From an uncultured bacterium (lineage in GTDB: Bacteria > Lernaellota > Lernaellaia > Lernaellales > Lernaellaceae): 60,441 nt of DNA. The notes beneath the pieces were generated by a model. The model searched no databases and was not told the origin of the DNA. It saw nothing but the letters and a program-made list of their open reading frames with translations. The stretch's first letter is position 1. Every line of letters begins with the position of its first letter. The position numbers were made by a program, and so were the translations under genes. Positions 40,701-47,837 of this stretch are shown piece by piece. The stretch lies in contig CAZHPN010000004.1 in the NCBI GenBank assembly GCA_964534375.1, forward strand, positions 19,120-79,560, written 5' to 3'.

Positions 40701-42879
40701 CGACGGCGTCGAAGACGCGCTGGTCGAGATCGTGCAACTGCAGCCGGACAACCTGGACGTGCGCCGCGAATTGATCGAACTGTACGAACGCACGGACCAG
40801 GCGGGCAAAGCGGTCGTGGAACTGCTCGAACTCGCCGAACAGCACATGGCGGCCAACGACCGCCAAACGGCCCTGCGCGCTTTGGAGCAGGCCGCGGCGC
40901 TGCAGCCGGACAACGAAGCCGTGGCGCGCCGGCTGAAAGACGCGTACCACGTGGCCGGCGACAAAGAAAACACGGTCGCGATGCTGTTCCATCTGTACGG
41001 CATCGAGATCGCCGCGAAGAAGCGGCACGCCGCCGAAGCGCATCTGCGCGAAATTCTCGAAATCGACCCGGCGAACGCCGAAGCCAAGGAAAAGGTCTTC
41101 GACTTGTTCAAGTCCGGCGTCACCGACGAAGAGAAGATCGCCGACTTGCTGGCCCGCTCCGAAGAAGCGCGGGAAGCGGGCGACCACGAGGGCGCGACGC
41201 AAGCCCTGCGACAGATCCTGTCGATCGACCAGAACAATGTCGAAGCGCGGGCGCGTCTCGCGGGCGCCCGTGGCGCCGACGAGGCGTCGCTGGCGGCGAT
41301 CGAGGAACCCGTCGCGGACGAAGTGTTCGCCGTGCAGCGGCTCGATGAAAGCAAGGCCGGCGTCGACGAAGATATCGCGATCGAATGGGGCGCGCCGTCG
41401 GACGCCGACGTCATCGCCGCCGAAGAAACGACGCCCGCGGCCCAAGCCGTGGAAGAGGACGTTTTCGCGACGCCCGAGGCCGAACTCGGCGACGAAGACA
41501 TCGACGTGTTCGGCGACGCGACGCCGGCGGCCGAGCCGCCCGGGCCGGAAGCGGCGCCAGCGGCGCCGGTCGCGGCCGAACCGGCAGAACCCGAAGAATC
41601 AGCGGTCGAGCCGCCGGCCGCTTCGCCCTCGCCGGACGACGAACTCGACCGTGTCGCCGAAATGGCCAACCAAGCGTTTGCCGCCAAATTCGAGGAACCC
41701 GCCCTGGCGGAGCCGTCGGTCGAAGCGCCGCCGGCCGAGCGGATGGCCGCGGTCGATCGACTGATCGAGGAGGCCCTCTCCGCCGAAACGCCGTCCGCCG
41801 CTGCCGAGCCGGCTTCCTGGGTCGAACGCTCGGGATCCGACGATTTTCTGGCTGAGGAGCCGCCGGCGCCGGATATCGAACGTTTCGCCGCCGACGCACC
41901 GGCTGACCACTCCGAAAAAGTCGAACTGGTCGAAGGCCTGGTTTCGGGCCCGGACAACATCTACGTCGACAACCGTTTCGCTGCCGACGTGACCCCGCCG
42001 CCGAAGCCCGCGGCCGTCGAACTTGCTGCCGACGAATTCGTCGCCCCGCCGGCCAAGCTGGCGGTCGTCGAGTTCGACGTGGACGAGTTCGTCGCCCCGC
42101 CGCCGAAGCCGCCCGCCGGCGAAAGCCGCATCATCGAAGACTTCCGGCCGTTCACGGAAACGGCGGCGGATGAGCTGCTGCCGCCCGTGGCCGCGGACAC
42201 GGCCATGGCCGGCAAGGATCTGATGGCCGATCTGCTGACGGAACTCGACATCGGGCGGCCGACGCCCCCCGCGCCGTCGGCCGGCGGCCACGATCTGCTG
42301 GACGACATCTTCGGGACGCCGCAGCAACCGGTCAAAGAGGCGGGCGACAGCCTGAGCGAATTGCTGGGCGATCTGGGCGCCTCCGAAAAAACGGCGGAAC
42401 GCGCGGCCGACCAGGATATTTTCCAGGCGTTCGTCTCGAGTTTGCCCCAGGAAAGCCGCGTTTCCGGCTCGGCGCAGACGCACTTCGACCTGGGCATCGC
42501 CTTCCGCGAGATGGATTCGTGCGATGAGGCGATCGCCGAGTTCGAGAAAGCTCTGACCAAAGACGACGGCGCGCTCGCGTTCTCCATCAACTACGAGTTG
42601 GGGCAGTGCTACGCCGGACTTGGCAAGTACGAGATGGCGTCGGAATACCTCGACAGCGCCTTGACCGAGGGCGTCGACGACGAACAAACGATGCTCGATC
42701 TGACCTTCGAGCTCGCGGCGACGTTGAAAAAACTGGGACGCCTGGAGCGCGCGAAGAAATTGTTCATGGAAGTCGACCAGCGGTCCAGCAATTATCGCGG
42801 CGCGAAGGCGGAGATCGCCGAATGCGACCGCCAGGGCGCCAAAAAAGGCGACGGAGACGATAACATCGGGTATCTCTAA
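34786..42879 (+). CDS. Giant TPR protein, SgmX-like architecture
   Basis: N-terminal TPRs (VAETYAEKGFYPKAIAVYKQAL), acidic linkers, a very long central TPR array, and C-terminal THFDLGIAFREM TPRs; TTG start after GGAG. Confidence 0.8.
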   Translation: MAKDTKKKKDGGLLQKLRGPKQPKTDPELQALLTEVQADASNMRARLKLADYYKKIEDTAHALDQYLTVAETYAEKGFYPKAIAVYKQALQIKPNIIDAYLKLATLYHKLGLMPEVVEQYQKAAVVYEQQGKEREALDIRRMMLDLDPTNVVGRLKLGQRYLEKGFVTEATAEFLRVADVFEKQGKTAELQKLLEGVLDRGLENFDVLYRLVELYRTQGHPELALVRLAKLSGELAGSSSTLELTAEIAEELGKPAVAIRALERASELYLQSGRRDKVGAICRHILELDAANPYAVARVAEIGAAPAPAERRRRAPAEEAPRAEVQPPPAAIQPPRAAPQPPRAAVQPPRAAVAAPPAAPAGPAEEEVVEEEIVIDEIPIEIEEETPEAAASAADETVIEEIVLDELPPTPPLATAAEPEVEEFAVEVGPLPERAAEPVEAAAIDAAPTEAAAVEAAAPEAPAEEIAFDVEPAVEEAPAAEETGPEQIDLTGMSEEEAAARLEEAIDIYLKYNLRDKAIEYLNLALERHRESLPILEKLMVVHRDGGDEAKADELLDRLIDRAQHLDLPDKLEQYLSRKVEYAPDDLAAARRLADFYVVREPDRAVVHLFDIANRCRDLNRVADAEEALGKILELDPENLGARQELLDIYEQSGQIDNAVAELFRLAEQARDAGEAADAEAYGQRILAHRPLDEKAQDELLHLYASTRDAAKETELLRRLVERSAGAGAIDRAIDLSGRLLALDPADVAVRSRLKDLHLERNDAPAAVAQLAEIARLAAENSRHGAAIDAWRETLRLDPANTRAHEGLRDLYLATGDNDGALAEIMTLAKAALDARDLESALRNFNQALEIDPRNESALRRKIGVLRDLDRAPEAVELLFRIALDMERSGETGKAETALRDVLAIEPDSLAAHRALKDLYLNAGVAAKAVAELQHLAAAAEKEGDNDAALTYWGEISGVDPDNLEARQGIVRLHVAAGDIDKAVAELLAVARLQEQRGDRDSAMQTLARALEHVPDNETAGAHLIDLSLETGRVDQAVELLVAAGDRAYDANRLSQARDFFARAVHHQPQAAVAREKLVDVHLALHQNGEAVEQLFELAELRRAAGEAGRVEETYQQILRLDAENARAATALKDYYIAAGRLDAGLDMLFGFVARERQAGDLDRARRHALEMLRLAEDDRRALQALAEMALESGDAGEAADRYLQLATLAEEGRRADDAALWLGKIIAIDSGSEMARHRLKDLLLGAGKQAEAVEQLFALADLAARRNDPDEAKNQFREVLAIEPENEAALELLVNLMIAAGEGGEALGEMFQLAVMAETKGDYQRAERYLAQILALDPANGAALEQLSRIHIAAGDTGQAVRELFQLENAAEQRYDLESALALVDRIRDLDPENLSALGKKAELEEMLGRGDAAVEALLVLADAQINRGLLDDATRALRNAQKLAPREKTVHAKLLGLLADAGEPRPVIDELLRFYGPDIEAGDLATTIETAQRIVDLDPKFERAHRLLADAFRAQGKRVEALDELFVLADLAGAEDRGADVEALLKEALALDETNRHAAEKLAQFYIENDRAAAAVRLLLAFGDALQTSENHVAAREAYERALQLEDGNPDALRKLRDSYLSTADLAEAVDVLFRTVAAADARHEPEKALAALEEIVTHDERNEPAIRALKTRYLQLEQPAKAVQLLFAADRAFGPIWRHDERLSNIEEILEIEPQNRAALRLLADLQKEGEFYGAAVATLARLGDLFETAGDEAEAEAIWREILAVDPQDFAAHDRLADRHRRRGDLDALAEELFAMAELRRVAEDPDGAERLLREATASERHQTAAWERLAELFAATGQVGKQLEVRFHAAEAAATRGEVAEAEAAYQEILAANAENRRAREALINLYVAQQRGADAAGQALVLADRARKEGQVAEAIAWLERTLAYEPINAKARRRLKNLLVEDGQIERAVSQLRLLAEAAEKMEALDGVEDALVEIVQLQPDNLDVRRELIELYERTDQAGKAVVELLELAEQHMAANDRQTALRALEQAAALQPDNEAVARRLKDAYHVAGDKENTVAMLFHLYGIEIAAKKRHAAEAHLREILEIDPANAEAKEKVFDLFKSGVTDEEKIADLLARSEEAREAGDHEGATQALRQILSIDQNNVEARARLAGARGADEASLAAIEEPVADEVFAVQRLDESKAGVDEDIAIEWGAPSDADVIAAEETTPAAQAVEEDVFATPEAELGDEDIDVFGDATPAAEPPGPEAAPAAPVAAEPAEPEESAVEPPAASPSPDDELDRVAEMANQAFAAKFEEPALAEPSVEAPPAERMAAVDRLIEEALSAETPSAAAEPASWVERSGSDDFLAEEPPAPDIERFAADAPADHSEKVELVEGLVSGPDNIYVDNRFAADVTPPPKPAAVELAADEFVAPPAKLAVVEFDVDEFVAPPPKPPAGESRIIEDFRPFTETAADELLPPVAADTAMAGKDLMADLLTELDIGRPTPPAPSAGGHDLLDDIFGTPQQPVKEAGDSLSELLGDLGASEKTAERAADQDIFQAFVSSLPQESRVSGSAQTHFDLGIAFREMDSCDEAIAEFEKALTKDDGALAFSINYELGQCYAGLGKYEMASEYLDSALTEGVDDEQTMLDLTFELAATLKKLGRLERAKKLFMEVDQRSSNYRGAKAEIAECDRQGAKKGDGDDNIGYL

Positions 42880-43820
42880 TGAACTATCTCGATTTCTACG
42901 GTTTGCAACGCGAACCGTTTTCGAACACGCCCGATCAACGCTTTTTCTGGAACGGCCGCTACCACCAGGTCGCGCTGACAAAATTGAGCTTCGCCTTGCA
43001 CCAGCGGCGCGGGCTCATGCTTGTGACCGGCGAGATCGGCGCGGGGAAAACCACGCTTGCCCGCCAGTTCTTCGAAACGCTCGACGACGGGCTCTTTCAC
43101 AAGGCCCTGCTGGTCGTCATCCACTCCGAAATCACGGCCGATTGGCTGTTGCACCGTTTCGCCCATCTGCTGGGCGTCGCCCAACCGAAACACAATAAGC
43201 TCGAACTGCTGGGCCAAATTTACGAGCGGTTGCGGATCATCGACGAAGAAGGTCGTATCGTCGCCCTGCTCATCGACGAGGCGCAGATGCTCGGTACGCG
43301 CGAGTTGATGGAAGAGTTTCGCGGCCTGCTGAACATCGAAGCCCGCGAGCGCAAGCTGATCAACTTCGTGTTTTTCGGCCTGCCGGAGGTGGAAGAAAAC
43401 CTGCGCCTGGACGAGCCGCTGCGGCAGCGCGTCGCGTTGCGCATCCATCTCCAGCGCTACGATGCGCAGGACACGCAGGACTACATCGCCCACCGCATCA
43501 ACATCGCCGGCGGCAAACCGACCCTGATCCCTCCCGAAACGGCCCAATGCATTCACCATCACAGCCTGGGCTCGCCGCGTCTAATCAACGCGCTCGGCGA
43601 CAATCTGCTGCTCGAGGGTTTTCTCGCGCGGACCCGCGCGCTGACGCCGGAGATGGCGGACCAGGCGGCCGCGGATTTGAATCTCAAGCCGCCCGAAGCC
43701 GATCCGCTCGCAGAAGTTCTCGGCCGCCGCGCCGGCCGAACTCCGAGTCGAGACGGCGAGACCTGGCAAGATGTCGATCTGGACAAATTGCTCGATTTCC
43801 TGGAGGACGAACCACGATGA
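42879..43820 (+). CDS. ExeA/GspA-family AAA ATPase
   Basis: YLDFYGLQREPF, GEIGAGKTT, LLIDEAQ, LRQRV, GSPRLIN. Confidence 0.9.
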   Translation: MNYLDFYGLQREPFSNTPDQRFFWNGRYHQVALTKLSFALHQRRGLMLVTGEIGAGKTTLARQFFETLDDGLFHKALLVVIHSEITADWLLHRFAHLLGVAQPKHNKLELLGQIYERLRIIDEEGRIVALLIDEAQMLGTRELMEEFRGLLNIEARERKLINFVFFGLPEVEENLRLDEPLRQRVALRIHLQRYDAQDTQDYIAHRINIAGGKPTLIPPETAQCIHHHSLGSPRLINALGDNLLLEGFLARTRALTPEMADQAAADLNLKPPEADPLAEVLGRRAGRTPSRDGETWQDVDLDKLLDFLEDEPR

Positions 43821-44707
43821 TGATCGACGCTCCGGCGAAAAACGTCACGATTCCCGGTCACGACGGCGTGCGACTGAACGTTTGGGCGTTCGGCGACGGG
43901 CCGATCGATCTGATCATGGCCCCCGGTCTCGGTACGCCGCCGATCACCTGGAAATTCGTCGCCAAACGTTTCGGCCGGCAGTTCCGCATCATCACCTGGG
44001 AACCGCGCGGTCTTTTCGCCTCGGGCGTTCCCGAAGATCGCGACAAGCTGCGCGTCGAAGACCACACGGCGGACCTCTTCGCCATCGCCCGCCATTTTCA
44101 CGTGAAAAAATACGTGCTCGGCGGCTGGTCGATGGGCGTGCAGATCTCGCTCGAAGCCTATCATCAACAGCCGCGCGGCGTGCGCGCCCTGCTGCTGATC
44201 AACGGCGCGCCCGGGCGCGTCCTGGCGAGCGCATACGGCGGCCTCCCGGGTTTCGAACAGACGACGAAGATCCTGTGCCGGCTCGGCGAGAAACACGGCC
44301 GCGACGTCACGCCCGTCATTTCCTGGGCGCTCAGCCAGCCGTGGACGCTGCCGCTGCTCAAACGCATGCAAGTGTTTACAGAGAACGCCGAATTCCTCGA
44401 GGAGATGATCCGCCCGTTTGCGACCATGGATTTTGGCGTCTATTCGCGCATGATGTATCTCACCAACGAGCACGACGCCAGCCCGTATCTGCCGGAGGTG
44501 CGGGTCCCGACGCTGATTACGGCCGGGACCAAAGACCTGATGACGCCGGTGTGGTTGGCGCGCCGTATGGCCGCCGCCATTCCGGGCGCGGAACTCTTTA
44601 TCGTGCCCAACGGCACGCACTACACCGTCGCCGAGTATCCCGATATCGTGAATCTGCGGCTGGAACGCTTTTTCCGCGATCATTTGCCGGACGTCGGCTT
44701 GGCGTAG
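43817..44707 (+). CDS. Alpha/beta hydrolase
   Basis: GWSMG nucleophile elbow; GTKD and GTH catalytic positions. Confidence 0.88.
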   Translation: MMIDAPAKNVTIPGHDGVRLNVWAFGDGPIDLIMAPGLGTPPITWKFVAKRFGRQFRIITWEPRGLFASGVPEDRDKLRVEDHTADLFAIARHFHVKKYVLGGWSMGVQISLEAYHQQPRGVRALLLINGAPGRVLASAYGGLPGFEQTTKILCRLGEKHGRDVTPVISWALSQPWTLPLLKRMQVFTENAEFLEEMIRPFATMDFGVYSRMMYLTNEHDASPYLPEVRVPTLITAGTKDLMTPVWLARRMAAAIPGAELFIVPNGTHYTVAEYPDIVNLRLERFFRDHLPDVGLA

Positions 44708-44763
44708 GCGGATCCAACCGGCAGCGCCAGGTGAACCACGCCAGCGGCGTCGCGGGTTAGCTT

Positions 44764-44795
44764 AAAAAGAAAAGGCCGTGGGGGTGCACGGCCTT
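44764..44795 (-). terminator. Intrinsic terminator of copy 1
   Basis: AAGGCCGTG-N6-CACGGCCTT followed by a U-rich tail on the minus strand. Confidence 0.85.
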
Positions 44796-44986
44796 GGTCA
44801 TCTGGGCCGTTCGGTCGCAGGCCAAGTTGTGAACGGCTTCGATTTCAAAGAAAAAGCCAGGAACGTCAGCCGCAAAACTAGAGGATTCTTTGGTCGGGTC
44901 GGCTATGTATGAGGATTCGGTTGTTCAAACGCAAGGTACGCGTGCAGCCGCCGTTCCCAGCTTCGTTTCGGATTTTCAAAGACCGC
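44764..44986 (-). ncRNA. Putative sigma-54-dependent structured sRNA, copy 1
   Basis: Bounded by a sigma-54 promoter and an intrinsic terminator; homologous to copies 2 and 3; no conserved ORF; ends estimated. Confidence 0.7.
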
Positions 44987-44996
44987 TTGTTTACTA

Positions 44997-45013
44997 AGCA
45001 AGAACCTTGCCAA
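44997..45013 (-). promoter_or_regulatory. Sigma-54 (-24/-12) promoter
   Basis: TTGGCAAGGTTCTTGCT has GG-N10-GC spacing matching the TGGCA-N6-TTGC consensus. Confidence 0.85.
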
Positions 45014-45128
45014 ACAGGTTTCGTATGCTAGGTGCGCCGCGTCTCGATTGATATTTCGCAATTGGGGCGAGCAATCGAATTTCGCTGCGGCATCTCGCGT
45101 CCGGGCCGCAGCCGGCGGCCAACGCAAG

Positions 45129-45160
45129 AAAAAGAAAAGGCCGTGGGGGAGCACGGCCTT
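45129..45160 (-). terminator. Intrinsic terminator of copy 2
   Basis: AAGGCCGTG-CTCCCC-CACGGCCTT plus TTCTTTTT. Confidence 0.85.
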
Positions 45161-45358
45161 GGGTATCTTCGCCGTTCGGTCGCAGGCCAGAATGTGAACG
45201 GCTTCGATATCAAAAAAGTAAAGCTAGGGACGTCGTGAAGCACAATCTAGAGATATCTTTGGTCGGGTCGGCTTTATGTGAGGATCTCATTGTTTTTTAC
45301 GCAAGCAGCCGGCGCCCCTAGCTTAGTTTCGGATTTTCACAGAACGCAACGCAACTGG
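45129..45358 (-). ncRNA. Putative sigma-54-dependent structured sRNA, copy 2
   Basis: Same architecture as copy 1. Confidence 0.7.
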
Positions 45359-45368
45359 CATTTGTAGT

Positions 45369-45385
45369 AGCAAGAACCTTGCCAA
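45369..45385 (-). promoter_or_regulatory. Sigma-54 (-24/-12) promoter
   Basis: Identical TTGGCAAGGTTCTTGCT. Confidence 0.85.
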
Positions 45386-45597
45386 CTCAGCTTTGCCCGC
45401 CTTTGGAATCTCGGCCGATCCGAGAGGCCTCGAATTGCGTCACCCGCACGAGACCTCTCCCAGCGTTCGACGCGACAGATCCGGCCACGCATTGCGAGGC
45501 ATGAGGCCCGTCCGGACAAATATTCGAAAAACCTGCTTTTGCCCTGGTTTCGACGCATTTTTTGGTGTGCGCGAGCCTTCCGAGCACGAACAACGTT

Positions 45598-45628
45598 AAA
45601 AAAATAAGGCCGTGGGGGAGCACGGCCT
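45598..45628 (-). terminator. Intrinsic terminator of copy 3
   Basis: AGGCCGTG-CTCCCC-CACGGCCT plus TATTTTTTT. Confidence 0.85.
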
Positions 45629-45816
45629 GGCGAATCTTAGCCGTTCGGTCGCAGGCCAAATTATGAACGGCTTCGATTTCAAAAATGAAGCTAGGGACGT
45701 CGTCAAGCACAATCTAGAGGTTTCCTGTAGTCGGGTCGGCTTTTATGTGAGGATCTCTTTGTTTTTTACGCAAGCAGCCGGCGCCCCCAGCTTAGGTTCG
45801 GATTTTCAAAGAACAT
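45598..45816 (-). ncRNA. Putative sigma-54-dependent structured sRNA, copy 3
   Basis: Same architecture as copies 1 and 2. Confidence 0.7.
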
Positions 45817-45826
45817 GGGTATTATG

Positions 45827-45843
45827 AGCAAGAACCTTGCCAA
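45827..45843 (-). promoter_or_regulatory. Sigma-54 (-24/-12) promoter
   Basis: Identical TTGGCAAGGTTCTTGCT. Confidence 0.85.
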
Positions 45844-46052
45844 ACCGGGTTTGCCGGTCGGCATAGCCTGAAATCGGTGGATTTCAAGCAAAATCCTTTT
45901 TTAAGACGCTCACCGCCGGTCGTATTGAGATTTCAGGTCAATAAGTCGCGCCGAAAGAGCCGCCTTCAGCGCTGATTTTTCAGCGCTGCCGCTGACATTC
46001 CTGCGCTTTTTGCGGCCTTGTCGGGCCGTGCCGAACCGATATAATCACCGCC

Positions 46053-46295
46053 ATGCTCCATGCGCGCAGACCGGACCGCAACAAAATCGTCAATTGGGAC
46101 CGCAACAAGGTCTCCTGGTTGATTTACCACTTCCTTGTCGGCGAAATCATCGCCGTGTACGCGCTCTGGCTGGAAGAATTTTTCATCGCCGCGCCCTCGC
46201 CGATCTGGTTGAAGGTGACGCTGACAACCTCTGTATTTCCGGCATGTTGCGCGGCAGGCAGCGTCTGGCTGTATAAAAAAGGCTGGCTGCGGTGA
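46053..46295 (+). CDS. Small membrane hypothetical protein
   Basis: Two hydrophobic segments; stop overlaps the next gene's GTG; TATAAT just upstream. Confidence 0.55.
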   Translation: MLHARRPDRNKIVNWDRNKVSWLIYHFLVGEIIAVYALWLEEFFIAAPSPIWLKVTLTTSVFPACCAAGSVWLYKKGWLR

Positions 46296-47062
46296 AAAAC
46301 GAAAACTGGTTCGCCCGCAACGTCGAGCCGATCATGTCCATCGCGCTGCTCGCAATGTGGGTTTTCGGTTACTTTGTCGTCGGCAAGCTGATCGCGGCCG
46401 ACCACTCATTTTACTCGCTGGCGACGACGGCCGACCGCCGCCTGCCCTTCGTTCCGTACTTCGTCTACCCCTACGTCGCGCTTTACCCCGTGTTTTTGTT
46501 GCCTTTTTTTCTGGTCCGCGACCGGGAGTTTTTCAAGGTCTTCGGTTGGTCGTACGTCACGGTGATGATCGCCTGCTACCTGGTCTTCTGGAATTTCCCA
46601 GTGGCGGTCGAGCGGCCGACCTTCGCGGTCGTCGACTTCACCACCTGGGCGCTGAACCTGGTCTACAAACTCGACGTGCCGGCCAATTGCTTCCCGAGCA
46701 TGCACGCTGCGATGTCGATGATGGCGGCGTTGACCGTCTTCACGATCGATCACCGGCGCGGCGTCTGGGTCATCTTCGTGACGTTGATGATCGGGCTGTC
46801 GGCGTTGCTCGTCAAACAACACTACATCGCCGACATCCTGGCCGGCTTCGGCATCGCGATCCTGACCTACCACGCCTACTTCCGCCAGCGCATCCACGAG
46901 GCGATCGCCGAAGACCTGCGGCGCGTGCCGCGCCGGATCGATCAGGCCTTCGAGGACGCGCTCGAACGACGGTTGGAACCGCTGATCGACCGGAAAATCG
47001 AAGAAAAGCTGCAAGACCTGTTGGCCAAGGTCGAGGCCGCGCGCCGCAACCCGCCAAAGTGA
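46292..47062 (+). CDS. PAP2-family membrane phosphatase/phosphotransferase
   Basis: NCFPSMH and KQHYIAD motifs; multiple TM helices. Confidence 0.85.
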   Translation: MKNENWFARNVEPIMSIALLAMWVFGYFVVGKLIAADHSFYSLATTADRRLPFVPYFVYPYVALYPVFLLPFFLVRDREFFKVFGWSYVTVMIACYLVFWNFPVAVERPTFAVVDFTTWALNLVYKLDVPANCFPSMHAAMSMMAALTVFTIDHRRGVWVIFVTLMIGLSALLVKQHYIADILAGFGIAILTYHAYFRQRIHEAIAEDLRRVPRRIDQAFEDALERRLEPLIDRKIEEKLQDLLAKVEAARRNPPK

Positions 47063-47238
47063 GAACGGGACAGCCTCCCGACGATCCGGAAATAATGAAT
47101 GGCGGCTCATTCAGCACTTGCCCGCGGCGCCGCGGCGCGCTATAATTTTTCGGTTCGACGGCTCGATCATCGGGGTCTCGCGGGGGGGCCCAACGAAATC
47201 AACCCTAGCGCATTGCGCACCACCAGGAGGCTGAGGCC

Positions 47239-47682
47239 ATGAAATTAAGTGAAGTCCCAATGGACAAAATGATGCAGGCTCTGCCGAAACTTTCGACGGG
47301 CCTGGCCGGTGACCCGATCGTCTTCAATCTCGTCACCGAAGTCGAGCCGGGCCGCGTGCCCAGTCCGAATTGGCACATGGCGTTCGACGCCGCCGGCGCC
47401 ATCTGCTGCGGCGAAGGCCACAAGGGCGACGGGGAAACCATCACCTTCCAATTGTTGCAGGGCGGCATGGGCACGATGTTGGGCTTCATGCTCGACGGTC
47501 TGAACGGCGGGCCGCGCAGCGCGATGATGTCGATGATGATGGGCAAGATCGGCATCAGCCCGTTCAACCCGAAAGCCGTCAAGAAGACTGAAAGCTTCTT
47601 CAAACGCGTGACCACCGGCGAAGAAGCGCTGAAAAAAGCGCTGGCGGAATGCGGCTGCGAGGTCGACAACTTCGACGACTGA
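47239..47682 (+). CDS. Hypothetical protein, possibly SCP2-like
   Basis: AGGAGG RBS and a downstream terminator; AMMSMMMGKIGI resembles the SCP2 AFMxGKLKI segment. Confidence 0.6.
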   Translation: MKLSEVPMDKMMQALPKLSTGLAGDPIVFNLVTEVEPGRVPSPNWHMAFDAAGAICCGEGHKGDGETITFQLLQGGMGTMLGFMLDGLNGGPRSAMMSMMMGKIGISPFNPKAVKKTESFFKRVTTGEEALKKALAECGCEVDNFDD

Positions 47683-47706
47683 TCGCGATTCAACCACTGT
47701 TAGTCG

Positions 47707-47737
47707 AGGCGGCTCGGCGACGGGCCGCCTTTTTTTT
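47707..47737 (+). terminator. Intrinsic terminator
   Basis: AGGCGGCTCG-GCGA-CGGGCCGCCT followed by a T run. Confidence 0.85.
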
Positions 47738-47837
47738 ATCGGCGGCCAGCCGTCCACGAGAGGACTTCGCGCCAGCGGGCGCCGTTCCACAAATCTTTGC
47801 CCTTGCTCATTCGGCCGCATTTTGCAACCATGTCTCG

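Noticed and set aside
44764..44986. 6S RNA, tmRNA, SRP, RNase P or tRNA identity for the repeat unit
   Set aside because: I found no tRNA-like ends or T-loop, no SRP or RNase P consensus, and no full-length 6S rod. Only an Rfam search would be decisive.
44903..45827. Short ORFs across the repeats (e.g. 44903..45154, 45032..45238, 45612..45827, and MFFENPNLSWGRRLLA in copy 3)
   Set aside because: Starts, stops and frames are not conserved between copies, indels are not multiples of three, and several ORFs run through terminators.
44764..45843. CRISPR array or insertion-sequence copies
   Set aside because: Units are ~250 bp and diverged, each with its own promoter and terminator. There are no 25-45 bp identical repeats, cas genes, terminal inverted repeats or transposase.
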